Below are positions 46,645 through 57,131 of a stretch of DNA of 64,000 bases, piece after piece. The position numbers were made by a program, and so were the translations under genes. This DNA is from Gammaproteobacteria bacterium. GTDB lineage: Bacteria; Pseudomonadota; Gammaproteobacteria; Ga0077536. Positions within the stretch are counted from its first letter, which is position 1. Each line of letters starts with the position of its first letter. Location: positions 2,186,644 through 2,250,643 of the forward strand of contig CAXXLL010000003.1 of assembly GCA_963662545.2 (NCBI GenBank). Direction: 5' to 3'. The notes below the pieces were generated by a model, which saw only the letters and a program-made list of their open reading frames with translations, searched no databases and was not told the DNA's origin.

Positions 46645-49482
46645 ATGCAGTCTCCATCATGCTTGTTCAGTGGCAACGCGCCGTTTATTGAAGATCTTTA
46701 TGAGTCCTACCTGCTCGATCCCGATGAGGTATCTCAAGACTGGCGCAAGTATTTCGATAGCTTGCAGGACGGCCGCAGCGCGCCAGCAAGCGATGTACGT
46801 CACTCCGAAGTTCAGGCGCGCATGCTGGAAATCGCGGCATCCCCGAAGCCGATTACCGTCGCGGTCTCGGCCGGAAGTGGAGCTGACTCAAAGAAGCAGG
46901 TTTCCGTTTTACAGTTGATCAATGCTTACCGGTTCCGCGGACACCGCCAGGCGAACCTGGATCCGCTCAACCAGTATGCGCGACCGGTTGTCGCGGAGCT
47001 GGATCCTGCGTTTCACGGCCTGTCAGAGACTGATATGGACAAGGTCTTCAACACCGGCTCATTACAAGGGCCGGATCAGGCAAGCTTGCGCGAGATTCTC
47101 GAGATCGTGCGTACCACCTACTGCGGCACTATCGGCGCGGAGTACATGCACATCGTGGAAACGAGTCAAAAGCGCTGGGTGCAACAGCGCCTCGAGTCCC
47201 GGCAGGCGAAACCCGACTTCAGCGCCGAGAAACGCAAGGATTTGCTGAGCCGCGTGATCGCCGCTACGGCGCTGGAAGAATATCTGCATACCAAGTACGT
47301 CGGACAGAAACGATTCTCGCTCGAGGGGAGCGAGAGTACGATCGCCCTGCTCGATCAAATCGTCGATGACGCTGCACGTCACGGCGTCAAGGAGCTAGTT
47401 CTCGGCATGGCCCATCGCGGCCGTCTCAACGTCCTGGTCAACATCGTTGGCAAGCACCCTTCGCTACTGTTCGACGAATTCGAGGGCAAGGGCCCGACCG
47501 AACTCCGTGCGGGAGACGTCAAGTATCACATGGGCTTTTCGTCGGATATCGAAACACCCGCCGGAGCCGTTCACCTCACCTTGGGTTTCAATCCGTCACA
47601 CTTGGAAATCATCGGCCCGGTAGTCGAAGGTTCGGTGCGAGCACGCCAGGATCGACGCGCGGACGTCGACCGCAACCAGGTCATGCCCCTGCTGATCCAT
47701 GGGGACGCTGCGTTCGCCGGTCAAGGTGTCGTGATGGAAACCCTAAACCTGTCGCAAACGCGTGGCTACTCGACCGGCGGTACCATGCACATCATCATCA
47801 ATAATCAGATCGGATTTACGACCAGCGACCCGCTCGATTCCCGCTCGACGCTCTACTGCACCGACGTCGCGAAAATGGTCCAGGCGCCTATCTTCCACGT
47901 CAATGGCGACGATCCGGAAGCCGTTGCCATGGTCGCGCAGATGGCGCTCGACTATCGGATGGAATTCAACAAGGACGTCGTCGTCGACATGATCTGCTTC
48001 CGCAAGCACGGCCACAGCGAGGCCGATGAACCCGCCGCGACGCAGCCGATCATGTATCAGCACATTCGCAATCACCCGGGCGTGCGCCACATCTATACCG
48101 AGAAGCTGGTTTCCGAAGGCGTTATCAATCCCGGTGAGGCAGAGGAGATGGCGGCCAAGTATATCGATGCCCTCGAGAACAATTACGTAGTGTCACGGCC
48201 ACATACCAACGTCATCGACAGCCGTCACACGATCAACTTCGAACCCTATCGAGACACGCACTGGGACGTGGAAGCTAGCACCGCGCTCGACGCCGAGCGT
48301 TTCCGATCCCTGTCGGAAAGCTTTAGCACGGTGCCCGATGACATGGTGCTGCACCGCGCACTAAAGCGAATACTCGGGGATCGCAAGGCGATGGGCGCGG
48401 GCGAGAAGGCCTGCGACTGGGGCTTTGCAGAGACGCTGGCCTACGCGTCGCTACTCACGGAAAACTTCCCGGTCAGAATTTCCGGGCAGGATAGCGGCCG
48501 CGGCACTTTTTTTCATCGCCACGCCGTAATCCACGACCAGAAGTCTGGCGACACCTACCTCCCGCTACAAAATCTGAGTCCCGACCAGGCGAGCTTTCTG
48601 GTCATCAACTCGACCTTGTCGGAAGAGGCCGTCCTCGCCTACGAGTTCGGTTACGCCAGCGCCGATCCGAAATCGCTGGTGATCTGGGAAGCGCAGTTCG
48701 GTGACTTCGCCAACGGTGCGCAGGTCGTCATCGATCAATTCATCGCGTCCTGCGAAGAGAAGTGGGGGCGTTTCTGTGGCCTGGTCATGCTGCTGCCCCA
48801 CGGCTACGACGGCCAGGGACCTGAACATTCATCCGCCCGTCTCGAACGCTACCTGCAGCTTTGCGCGGAAGAGAACATGCAGGTGTGCTATCCGACGACA
48901 CCGTCGCAAATGTTTCATATGCTGCGGCGACAAATGATCCGGCCCTACCGCAAACCCCTGATCGTGATGAGCCCCAAGAGTCTCTTGCGGCACAAACTTT
49001 CGGTCTCACCGCTGGAAGAATTCATCGACGGGGGATTCCGCACGGTGATCGATGAAATCGATTCGATCGACAAGGACAAGGTTCACCGCATTCTCGTTTG
49101 CAGCGGCAAAGTATATTTCGATCTGCTCGAAGCCCGGCGCGAACACGATGTGACGGACTGCGCGATCTTGAGGCTCGAACAGCTTTACCCGTTTCCGAAA
49201 AGTGAAATTCAAAACCTGCTAAAGGCTTATCCTAATGCCGAGGAACTGGTGTGGGTACAAGAAGAACCCCGCAACCAGGGCGCCTGGTCCATGCTGCTTT
49301 CGACACGGTTCCTGGGTGGGTGTTTCGATCAGACCAAGCCCTTGCTTTGCGTCGCTCGACCCTATTCGGCTTCACCAGCAGTCGGATATGCCTCGCTTCA
49401 CCTCCAGCAGCAACAGCGGGTGATCCATGACGCCCTGGATTTGTCGCGGTTCGAACAAGCCAGGGAGAAGAAATCCGCTTGA
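46645..49482 (+). CDS. sucA: 2-oxoglutarate dehydrogenase E1 component
   Basis: MQSPSCLFSGNAPFIEDLYESYL..., GMAHRGRLNVL, HGDAAFAGQGVV and LLPHGYDGQGPEHSS. The ATG at 46645 is preferred over the TTG at 46639. Confidence 0.95.
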   Translation: MQSPSCLFSGNAPFIEDLYESYLLDPDEVSQDWRKYFDSLQDGRSAPASDVRHSEVQARMLEIAASPKPITVAVSAGSGADSKKQVSVLQLINAYRFRGHRQANLDPLNQYARPVVAELDPAFHGLSETDMDKVFNTGSLQGPDQASLREILEIVRTTYCGTIGAEYMHIVETSQKRWVQQRLESRQAKPDFSAEKRKDLLSRVIAATALEEYLHTKYVGQKRFSLEGSESTIALLDQIVDDAARHGVKELVLGMAHRGRLNVLVNIVGKHPSLLFDEFEGKGPTELRAGDVKYHMGFSSDIETPAGAVHLTLGFNPSHLEIIGPVVEGSVRARQDRRADVDRNQVMPLLIHGDAAFAGQGVVMETLNLSQTRGYSTGGTMHIIINNQIGFTTSDPLDSRSTLYCTDVAKMVQAPIFHVNGDDPEAVAMVAQMALDYRMEFNKDVVVDMICFRKHGHSEADEPAATQPIMYQHIRNHPGVRHIYTEKLVSEGVINPGEAEEMAAKYIDALENNYVVSRPHTNVIDSRHTINFEPYRDTHWDVEASTALDAERFRSLSESFSTVPDDMVLHRALKRILGDRKAMGAGEKACDWGFAETLAYASLLTENFPVRISGQDSGRGTFFHRHAVIHDQKSGDTYLPLQNLSPDQASFLVINSTLSEEAVLAYEFGYASADPKSLVIWEAQFGDFANGAQVVIDQFIASCEEKWGRFCGLVMLLPHGYDGQGPEHSSARLERYLQLCAEENMQVCYPTTPSQMFHMLRRQMIRPYRKPLIVMSPKSLLRHKLSVSPLEEFIDGGFRTVIDEIDSIDKDKVHRILVCSGKVYFDLLEARREHDVTDCAILRLEQLYPFPKSEIQNLLKAYPNAEELVWVQEEPRNQGAWSMLLSTRFLGGCFDQTKPLLCVARPYSASPAVGYASLHLQQQQRVIHDALDLSRFEQAREKKSA

Positions 49483-49508
49483 TAAGAAACTAAACAGGGG
49501 TAAATACC

Positions 49509-50732
49509 GTGTTAATCGAAGTGAAGGTACCTGTACTCGCCGAGTCCGTACCAGACGCCACCTTGCTGGACTGGTTCAAGCAGGTCGGTGAGCGTGTGGA
49601 GCGCGGCGATAACCTGATCGATCTCGAAACCGACAAGGTAACTCTGGAGATCGCTGCGCCGGAATCGGGCGTCATCAAAGAACTCCGCAAGCAAACCGGC
49701 GATATCGTGCTGGAAGACGAAGTGCTCGCAGTGATCGACACCGAGGGCACAGCCTCGGCGAATGCGGATGCCCTGGTGGCGGCAGCGGTAGCGCCGGCAT
49801 CGCAGGTGGCGGCGCCTGCTACCCAGTCCGTCGAGAAACTCGGCCCGGCAGTGCGCAAGCTGATCGAGGAGCATGGCCTCGATGCGAGCCGTATCGAAGC
49901 GACCGGCAAGGGCGGCCGCCTGCTGAAGGCCGACGTCTTGGCCTATCTCGAAAAGGGGAGCGAAGCTGCGAAGGCGGATGTCATCAAAGCCACGCCGCAT
50001 GTGCAGGAACGCCCCACAGCGATCGACACGAGCCGTGTCGAGGAGCGCGTACCGATGACGCGTTTGCGCAAACGCACGGCCGAGAGGCTGCTTTCCGCAC
50101 AACACGAAAGTGCGCTGCTGACTACCTTCAACGAAGTCAACATGCACCCCGTGATGGATCTTCGCAACCGCTTCAAGGTGGAATTCGAGGAGCGCTTCGG
50201 CGTGCGCCTCGGATTTATGTCTTTCTTCGTGAAAGCGGCTGTCGAGGCATTGAAGAAATTTCCGATCGTGAACGCCTCCGTTGACGGCGACGACATCTTG
50301 TATCGCGGCTATTTCGACATCGGCGTGGCCGTGGGTTCGAAGCGCGGTCTGGTCGTTCCCATTCTCCGCGAAGTCGACCGCATGACATTTGCCGAGGTCG
50401 AACGCAAGATCCGCGATTTCGGCGAGCGGGCGCGGGATGGCAAGCTGACGATCGACGAGTTGACGGGCGGTACTTTTACCATCAGCAACGGCGGCGTCTA
50501 CGGCTCTCTGATATCGACCCCGATCATCAATCCGCCGCAGAGCGCGATACTCGGCATGCACAAGATTCAGCCACGCCCGGTTGCGGAAAATGATGAAGTC
50601 GTGATCCGGCCGATGATGTATCTCGCCGTCTCCTACGATCACCGCATCATCGATGGACGCGAAGCGGTGCAGTTCCTCGATACGATTCGCCGCACGCTCG
50701 AAGATCCGGCACGGATGCTACTGGAAATATAG
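49509..50732 (+). CDS. sucB: Dihydrolipoyllysine-residue succinyltransferase (E2 of 2-oxoglutarate dehydrogenase)
   Basis: Lipoyl domain [11 protein letters not shown]3-binding domain [14 protein letters not shown], and catalytic [13 protein letters not shown]. Confidence 0.95.
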   Translation: MLIEVKVPVLAESVPDATLLDWFKQVGERVERGDNLIDLETDKVTLEIAAPESGVIKELRKQTGDIVLEDEVLAVIDTEGTASANADALVAAAVAPASQVAAPATQSVEKLGPAVRKLIEEHGLDASRIEATGKGGRLLKADVLAYLEKGSEAAKADVIKATPHVQERPTAIDTSRVEERVPMTRLRKRTAERLLSAQHESALLTTFNEVNMHPVMDLRNRFKVEFEERFGVRLGFMSFFVKAAVEALKKFPIVNASVDGDDILYRGYFDIGVAVGSKRGLVVPILREVDRMTFAEVERKIRDFGERARDGKLTIDELTGGTFTISNGGVYGSLISTPIINPPQSAILGMHKIQPRPVAENDEVVIRPMMYLAVSYDHRIIDGREAVQFLDTIRRTLEDPARMLLEI

Positions 50733-50825
50733 GACGCCTCATCAAGTGCGCTGTCCCGCAATAAAACTTCATAATTCGCTGGTCCTCGCACCGCGCTGCG
50801 GCGTTACTCGTCGTTGCCGTATTGC

Positions 50826-50896
50826 GGATGCCGTCCATGGCATCCACCCTTCGGGCCCGCCTTCGGCGGTCCAAATACGTTCCCGACGAATTTGTC
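50826..50896 (-). repeat. Stacked-hairpin micro-element, copy E, in the sucB-lpdA spacer
   Basis: The minus strand reads GAC aaattcgt-cggga-acgtattt GGA ccgcc-gaa-ggcgg gccc-gaa-gggt ggatgcc-atggac-ggcatcc. Confidence 0.75.
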
Positions 50897-50983
50897 CCGA
50901 TACGACGCCTCCTCGCGCCTTGCATCGCGGCACGAGTCCTGCGCGACTTATCGAAGTTTATTACGGGACAGCACACTAGGATC

Positions 50984-52396
50984 ATGGACAAATACGATGT
51001 CATCGTAATCGGCGGTGGACCGGGCGGTTATGTTGCAGCCATCCGCGCCGCCCAGCTCGGATTCAACACCGCTTGCGTAGAGCGGTGGCTCGGCGATTCG
51101 AGCAAACCGGTTCTGGGGGGAACGTGCCTGAACGTCGGATGTATTCCATCCAAGGCGCTACTCGACTCGTCGCATCACTTCGAATTTCTCCAACTGCATG
51201 CTGCGGAGCACGGCATCATCGCCGAGGCCTCCATCGACGTCGCATCGATGCAGACTCGCAAGGACAAAATCGTCGGCACCTTGACGCAGGGTATCGCCGG
51301 ACTGTTCAAAAAGAACAAGGTCACCTGGCTCAAGGGATCCGGCAGTTTCAAAACGGCCGACCAGATCGAAGTCGCGGACCGTGGCGGAAAACGGGTGACA
51401 GTATCCGCGCAGCATATCGTCGTCGCCACGGGATCCGTGCCTGCGGCGATCCCGCCCGCGCCGATTGATCAGACACTCATTGTTGATTCCACGGGGGCAC
51501 TGGCGTTCGACGAGGTCCCGAAACAGCTCGGTGTCATCGGCGCCGGCGTCATCGGACTCGAGCTCGGCAGCGTCTGGCGCCGCCTCGGCTCCGAAGTCGT
51601 GATCCTGGAGGCCCTCGACGAGTTTCTCGGGACCGCCGATGTGACGATCGCGAAAGAGTCGCTCAAGATCCTCAAGCGTCAGGGGCTCGACATCCGCCTC
51701 GGCGCCAAGGTGACCGAAGCCAAGGTCCAGCGCGGACGCGTCAACGTGCGGTTTGAGGCCGGCGGTGAAGAGCAGACCTGCAAATTCGACAAGTTGATCG
51801 TCGCGGTCGGGCGCCAGCCCAATACCGAGGGGCTGGCGCTGGAAAACGTCGGTCTCGAGATCGACGGACGCGGCTTCATCGTCGTCGACTCGCACTGTCA
51901 TACCGGAGTCGGAAACATTTACGCCATCGGTGATTGCGTGCGCGGACCGATGCTCGCCCACAAGGCGAGCGAGGAAGGCATTGCGGTCGCCGAACGCATC
52001 GCCGGACAAAAGCCCCATGTCGATCTCGACGTAATTCCGTGGGTCATCTACACCTGGCCTGAGATCGCCTGGGCGGGACACTCCGAGCAAGATCTCAAGG
52101 CTGCCGGCCGCGCGATCCGGGTCGGTAGCTTTCCTTTCCTCGCGAGCGGCCGGGCACGGGCCATGGGTGACACAGAGGGCCTCGTCAAGATCATCGCGGA
52201 CGCCGCATCCGACGCCATTCTCGGGGTCCACATCGTCGGTCCGAACGCCTCAGAGCTCATCGCCGAGGCGGTGTTGGCGATGGAGTTCGGCGCCAGCGCC
52301 GAAGATATCGCCCGCACGGTACACGGTCATCCAACTCTCGCGGAATCGATGCACGAGGCCGCGCTGGCGGTCGACGGACGTACCATTCACTACTAG
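50984..52396 (+). CDS. lpdA: Dihydrolipoyl dehydrogenase (E3)
   Basis: MDKYDVIVIGGGPGGYVAAIRAAQLG, redox-active GGTCLNVGCIPSK, and HAHPTLSE-like HGHPTLAES. TAG stop at 52394. The upstream extension to 50822 runs through the repeat and was rejected. Confidence 0.95.
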   Translation: MDKYDVIVIGGGPGGYVAAIRAAQLGFNTACVERWLGDSSKPVLGGTCLNVGCIPSKALLDSSHHFEFLQLHAAEHGIIAEASIDVASMQTRKDKIVGTLTQGIAGLFKKNKVTWLKGSGSFKTADQIEVADRGGKRVTVSAQHIVVATGSVPAAIPPAPIDQTLIVDSTGALAFDEVPKQLGVIGAGVIGLELGSVWRRLGSEVVILEALDEFLGTADVTIAKESLKILKRQGLDIRLGAKVTEAKVQRGRVNVRFEAGGEEQTCKFDKLIVAVGRQPNTEGLALENVGLEIDGRGFIVVDSHCHTGVGNIYAIGDCVRGPMLAHKASEEGIAVAERIAGQKPHVDLDVIPWVIYTWPEIAWAGHSEQDLKAAGRAIRVGSFPFLASGRARAMGDTEGLVKIIADAASDAILGVHIVGPNASELIAEAVLAMEFGASAEDIARTVHGHPTLAESMHEAALAVDGRTIHY

Positions 52397-52523
52397 AACT
52401 GATCGTCTCTACCGGAACCTATCTCCTCACGTCTGCCAAGACGTGTGCTGTGCTTGCAAAATGGTGCACTGCAACGTAGATTAATGTGATGGACCGCTCG
52501 GGTCGGGTCTGAAGGAGACCGTG

Positions 52524-53702
52524 ATGCAAGACGCCGTTATCGTCGCCGCACTGCGCACGCCGATCGGGACTTTCGGGGGTTCACTGGCGAATGTTCCCGC
52601 CCACGAACTGGGGGCCTGCGTCATACGCGCCCTGATCGATAAAACCGGCATCCGGCCCGCTGCGGTAGACGAAGTCATCATGGGTCAGGTACTGACCGCC
52701 GGCGCAGGGCAGAATCCAGCCCGTCAAGCCGCCCTGGCAGCAGGTCTGCCGCACACCACACCCGCGCTGACGATCAACAAAGTCTGCGGCAGCGGTCTCA
52801 AGGCCGTGCATCTCGCCGCCCAGGCCGTGCGCTGCGGAGACGCCGACATCATCATCGCCGGTGGTCAGGAAAACATGAGTGTGGCGCCGCACGTATTGCC
52901 GAAGTCCCGCAGCGGCCAGAAGATGGGGGACTGGAAGTTGCTCGACTCGATGATCATCGATGGTCTATGGGATGCGTTCAACGATTACCACATGGGCATT
53001 ACGGCCGAGAACGTCGCCGAGAAATTTGCGGTTAGCCGCTCGGATCAGGATGAATTCGCCGCGCAAACCCAGCAAAAGACGGCTGCGGCTCAGGCGGAGA
53101 ACCGTTTTGCGGGCGAGATCGTCGAAGTGGAAATTCCGCAGCGCAAGGGCGACCCCATCGTTTTCGCGCGCGACGAATTTCCGCGCGCCGAATCGACGGC
53201 CGAGAGCCTCGCGAAACTCCGCGCTGCCTTCAAACCGAACGGCGTGGTGACCGCCGGCAATGCGTCAGGCATCAACGACGGGGCGGCCGCTGTCGTCGTC
53301 ATGTCGCGGGAAAAAGCGACGGAATTGGGACTCAAGCTCATGGCAACGATCAAGGCCGGCGCCAGCGCCGGCGTCGATCCGGCAGTGATGGGCACGGGAC
53401 CGATCCCGGCGACGAAAAAATGCCTCGATAAAGCCGGCTGGCAAGTCGGCGATCTCGATCTCGTGGAGGCCAACGAAGCCTTTGCAGCGCAGGCGATCTC
53501 GGTCAACCGAGATCTCTGTTGGGATGCGAGCAAAGTAAATGTCAACGGCGGCGCGATCGCGCTGGGACATCCGATCGGCGCGTCTGGAGCGCGGATACTC
53601 GTGACACTTTTACACGAAATGAACCGCAGCAAGGCTCACAAGGGCCTCGCGACCTTGTGTATCGGAGGCGGGCAGGGCGTAGCCCTCGCGGTTGAGCGTT
53701 GA
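52524..53702 (+). CDS. Acetyl-CoA C-acetyltransferase (thiolase II)
   Basis: [12 protein letters not shown] (active Cys), [28 protein letters not shown] and CIGGGQG. RBS aaggag at 52512. Confidence 0.93.
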   Translation: MQDAVIVAALRTPIGTFGGSLANVPAHELGACVIRALIDKTGIRPAAVDEVIMGQVLTAGAGQNPARQAALAAGLPHTTPALTINKVCGSGLKAVHLAAQAVRCGDADIIIAGGQENMSVAPHVLPKSRSGQKMGDWKLLDSMIIDGLWDAFNDYHMGITAENVAEKFAVSRSDQDEFAAQTQQKTAAAQAENRFAGEIVEVEIPQRKGDPIVFARDEFPRAESTAESLAKLRAAFKPNGVVTAGNASGINDGAAAVVVMSREKATELGLKLMATIKAGASAGVDPAVMGTGPIPATKKCLDKAGWQVGDLDLVEANEAFAAQAISVNRDLCWDASKVNVNGGAIALGHPIGASGARILVTLLHEMNRSKAHKGLATLCIGGGQGVALAVER

Positions 53703-53755
53703 TCCTCGAAACGCAAGCCCGGGTAGCGGTCGGTCAAAGAACCAGGTGAACGACG

Positions 53756-54241
53756 ATGAATGACGAAAACAAACGTGTGATCAAAAAATACCCGAACCGG
53801 CGCTTGTACGACACCACGGAAAGCAAATATGTGACCTTGGGCGACGTACGCAAGCTCGTACTCGACGGTGTGAGCTTCTGCGTAATCGACAAGAAAAGCG
53901 ATGCCGACATCACGCGCAATATTCTGCTGCAGATCATCATCGAACAAGAGGAAGAAGGCGAGCCACTTTTCACGACCGAAGTCCTTGAACAGATCATCGG
54001 CTTTTACGGAAATTCCGTACAGGGTGTCGCCGGTGATTTTTTAAGCCAGAGTCTCGAGCTGTTCCGTGATCAACAAAACCGCTTTCAGGACCAGATGAAG
54101 GACGCAATGCAGACGAACCCCATGTCATCGGCATTCAACGATCTCGCGAAACAGAACCTCGATTTGTGGCAGCAGATGCAGGACAGCTTCTTCAAGAACG
54201 TCAACACCTCGCTCGGCGCCAAGTCGGACGATTCTGACTAG
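53756..54241 (+). CDS. phaR: Polyhydroxyalkanoate synthesis repressor PhaR
   Basis: IKKYPNRRLYDTTESKYVTLGDVRKLV...DITRNILLQIIIEQE is the PhaR signature. The TAG stop is at 54239-54241. Confidence 0.92.
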   Translation: MNDENKRVIKKYPNRRLYDTTESKYVTLGDVRKLVLDGVSFCVIDKKSDADITRNILLQIIIEQEEEGEPLFTTEVLEQIIGFYGNSVQGVAGDFLSQSLELFRDQQNRFQDQMKDAMQTNPMSSAFNDLAKQNLDLWQQMQDSFFKNVNTSLGAKSDDSD

Positions 54242-54498
54242 CCCGCATATTGCATGAAGGACGGCGGTGCCGGCGCAGGACAGGTGCGTCTGGACGCCGA
54301 TCTGGAGCTCAAGTCTGAGCTGTAGCTATGGCGAGAGCTTGACCTGAGTCCAGGCGTGCATGGACCAGCCGGCGCCGTCGTAGGCCGCAAGCGGCTTTAC
54401 AGATTGCGATGTGCTTAAACATCGTCAAATGGCCTGATTATTTCTGTTTGCTCAATAACTTCTCGGAGCGCCGCGGCCGCCTTGATGCAATATGCGGG
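54242..54498. mobile_element. 257-bp MITE-like element with IS1380-type terminal inverted repeats
   Basis: CCCGCATATTGCATGA at 54242 and its inverted copy (tgatgcaatatgcggg) ending at 54498. Compare the IS1380 ends CCTGCATATTGCATGA and CCTGCAAATTGCA. Flanks are CTAG and CTCG. No ORF inside. Confidence 0.6.
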
Positions 54499-54526
54499 CT
54501 CGAACCCATCGCGAGAATACCAGCCG

Positions 54527-56290
54527 TCAGGCCGCGAGATGTTCTTCCAGTGCTGCCTTGATTCGCTTGGCCGTATCGGCAAGCGCCTGGGGAAGCTTCT
54601 CACCAAACGTCTCGAAATAAGCTTCAATATCGTCGATCTCGCGGCGCCAGGTCTTGGCGTCAATCGACAAAAGGGCGTTCACAGTATTGCGATCGAGGTC
54701 GAGTCCATCGATGTTCAAGGCCGAGGGATCGGGTATGTAGCCGATTGGTGTTTTCAACGCTTTACCGCCACCGGCGCACCGCTGCAGCACCCATTGCAAC
54801 ACGCGCATATTGTCGCCAAACCCGGGCCACATGAATTTCCCGTCGTCGTCTTTGCGAAACCAGTTCACATGGAACACGCGGGGTAAATTATCGGAGCGCT
54901 CCTCGAAGCTCAGCCAGTGGGCCCAGTAGTCGGCGAAGTTGTAGCCGCAAAAGGGCTTCATCGCCATCGGATCGCGCCGCACCTGTCCGACCGCGCCGGC
55001 CGCCGCTGCGGTCGTCTCCGAAGCCATGGCCGCACCTGCGAACACGCCGTGATGCCAATCCAGCGCTTCGAATACCAATGGTGCCACGCTCGAACGCCGG
55101 CCGCCGAAGATAATCGCCGAAATCGGCACCCCTTGCGGCGCGTTGCCCTCGGGCGAAAAACTAGGGCATTGGTTCGCCGCTACCGTGAAGCGCGAGTTGG
55201 GATGTGCCGCGGGTCCGGTGACATCCGGATCGTGTTCGCGCCCCTGCCAGTCGATGAGGGCCGCCGGCTTGTCGCCGTCGATACCTTCCCACCAAGGTTG
55301 CTGATCGGGCGTCAGGGCGACGTTGGTGTAAATGGCATTGCGGCCTAGCGTATTCATGCAATTTGGATTGGTCTTGAGGCTGGTCCCGGGCGCGACGCCA
55401 AAGAATCCCGCTTCCGGATTGATCGCCCATAAGCGGCCGTCGTCCCCGAGGTGCATCCATGCAATGTCATCGCCGACGGTCCAGACTTTCCAATCCTTGA
55501 ACGTGTCCGGTGGAACGAGCATTGCCAAATTGGTCTTGCCGCAGGCCGATGGAAATGCCGCGGCCACGTAATGCGTATTACCGTCCGGATCTTCGATACC
55601 GAGAATCAACATGTGCTCAGCAAGCCAGCCTTCAGTCTTCGCCTGGGCGCTCGCGATGCGCAGCGCATGACATTTTTTGCCGAGCAACGCGTTGCCACCA
55701 TAGCCCGAGCCAATGCTCTTGATCATCAGATCATCCGGAAAGTGCATGATGTAGCGGCGTTCGGGATCCAGATCACCGAGTGAGTGAAGGCCTTTGACGA
55801 AGGTTTTTGCCGAGTCGATATGCTCGAGCGCCCGCGTACCGATCCGCGCCATGATCCGCATGTTGAGGACGACATAGGGACTGTCGGTGATCTCCACGCC
55901 GGGCCGCGCATAGGGCGAACCGTACGGCCCCATCAGGTAAGGCACTACATACATCGTGCGGCCTCGCATGCAGGCCTCGAACAAGGGCTCGACCGTGGCA
56001 TGCCCTTCCTCGGGCGTCATCCAATTGTTGTTCGGGCCGGCTTCGTCGTGCTCAGGGGTGCAGACGAAGGTGAGGTGCTCGACGCGCGCGACGTCGCTGG
56101 GATCGGAACGGTGCAGGTAACAATTTGGATGGGAGCGGGGGTTTAGCCGGATCAGATCGCCGTTTTTGAGCATCAGTTCGACCAGACCCTCGTTTTCTTC
56201 GTCAGAGCCGTCACACCAGTGGATCCGATCGGGCTTGGTCAGCGCGGCGACGTCTTTTACCCAAGCGGCCAATTCAGCATTTTTTGTCAT
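54527..56290 (-). CDS. pckG: Phosphoenolpyruvate carboxykinase (GTP)
   Basis: 587 aa. SIGSGYGGNALLGKKC, FPSACGKTNLAM and WMHLGDDGRLWAINPEAGFFGVAPGT are GTP-PEPCK hallmarks. Confidence 0.95.
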   Translation of the reverse strand: MTKNAELAAWVKDVAALTKPDRIHWCDGSDEENEGLVELMLKNGDLIRLNPRSHPNCYLHRSDPSDVARVEHLTFVCTPEHDEAGPNNNWMTPEEGHATVEPLFEACMRGRTMYVVPYLMGPYGSPYARPGVEITDSPYVVLNMRIMARIGTRALEHIDSAKTFVKGLHSLGDLDPERRYIMHFPDDLMIKSIGSGYGGNALLGKKCHALRIASAQAKTEGWLAEHMLILGIEDPDGNTHYVAAAFPSACGKTNLAMLVPPDTFKDWKVWTVGDDIAWMHLGDDGRLWAINPEAGFFGVAPGTSLKTNPNCMNTLGRNAIYTNVALTPDQQPWWEGIDGDKPAALIDWQGREHDPDVTGPAAHPNSRFTVAANQCPSFSPEGNAPQGVPISAIIFGGRRSSVAPLVFEALDWHHGVFAGAAMASETTAAAAGAVGQVRRDPMAMKPFCGYNFADYWAHWLSFEERSDNLPRVFHVNWFRKDDDGKFMWPGFGDNMRVLQWVLQRCAGGGKALKTPIGYIPDPSALNIDGLDLDRNTVNALLSIDAKTWRREIDDIEAYFETFGEKLPQALADTAKRIKAALEEHLAA

Positions 56291-56581
56291 TATTTGACTC
56301 CAGACAGACCTGATTTACAGCCGTTGGCGATGATCGCAACGCCCAGCGGTCGGCTGCTGTGCATCCGCGGTCCGGCGCCCTTGAACGCCCGTCCGCTCGG
56401 GAAACAGGCAAGGGTAACAAACGCGGCGCTTTTTGTTGACGGGAAGATGTCACGTTTTGCTAATTCTTCCTCAGGCCGGCGGAGGTTGGAGGCCGTCACC
56501 TGCCAGCGCCCGCCCCCGCACCGGCTACCCTCCAAAAAATAATGGTCACTCAGTGCTTGACTTATCGAACACGGGCTCCTA

Positions 56582-56613
56582 TGCTGCACTGCAATAATTG
56601 CTGCACTGCAATA
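56582..56613 (+). promoter_or_regulatory. Direct repeat of a 15-mer upstream of the phasin gene (candidate PhaR operator)
   Basis: TGCTGCACTGCAATA at 56582-56596 and 56599-56613, 53-84 nt upstream of the phasin ATG. Each copy contains TGCAnTGCA. Confidence 0.5.
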
Positions 56614-56665
56614 TACAACGCTCAACAGAGATCCCCAATACCGAATCCGTTCAAGGAGACACGAA

Positions 56666-57061
56666 ATGGACAACAAAATTGCCGAAAACTGGCAGGAAAT
56701 CAGCAAAAATACGCTCGCTGCCGCCAAAGAGCTCGAAGCCATCAACGCCTCGGTCATCGAAAAGCTGACCGGAAAGCAGATGGAACTGGCCAACGCGGCG
56801 CTTGAATCCGGCACCCAGTCGGTCAGTGCCCTGACGGCAGTCAAGGGCTACCAGGAACTCCTGGCCGAGCAGACCATGCTCGCCGGCGAATTCAACGAAA
56901 AACTGATCGAAGCAGCGCGCCAGACGGCCGATATCTTCACCGAATCACGTGAGGCCTACCAAGGCTGGCTCGAGAAGGGCTTCCAGGCGTTCGCCGCGAC
57001 CACCCCATTCGTCGTACCTAATTTCGCGACCGAGAAAAAGCCGGTCAAGAAAGCCGCCTGA
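56666..57061 (+). CDS. Phasin-family PHA granule protein
   Basis: 131 aa, Ala/Glu/Lys-rich helical protein (NTLAAAKELEAINASVIEKLTGKQMELANAALESG) typical of phasins. RBS aaggaga. Confidence 0.8.
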   Translation: MDNKIAENWQEISKNTLAAAKELEAINASVIEKLTGKQMELANAALESGTQSVSALTAVKGYQELLAEQTMLAGEFNEKLIEAARQTADIFTESREAYQGWLEKGFQAFAATTPFVVPNFATEKKPVKKAA

Positions 57062-57083
57062 TCATCTGCTTGACCTCCCTACG

Positions 57084-57131
57084 CCCCTCTTCGGCGCGGC
57101 CGTCTGGCCGCCCTAGAGGGGCCTTTCTTTT
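57084..57131 (+). terminator. Rho-independent terminator after the phasin gene
   Basis: GC-rich hairpin CCCCTCT...AGAGGGG (57084-57121) followed by cctttctttt. Confidence 0.65.
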
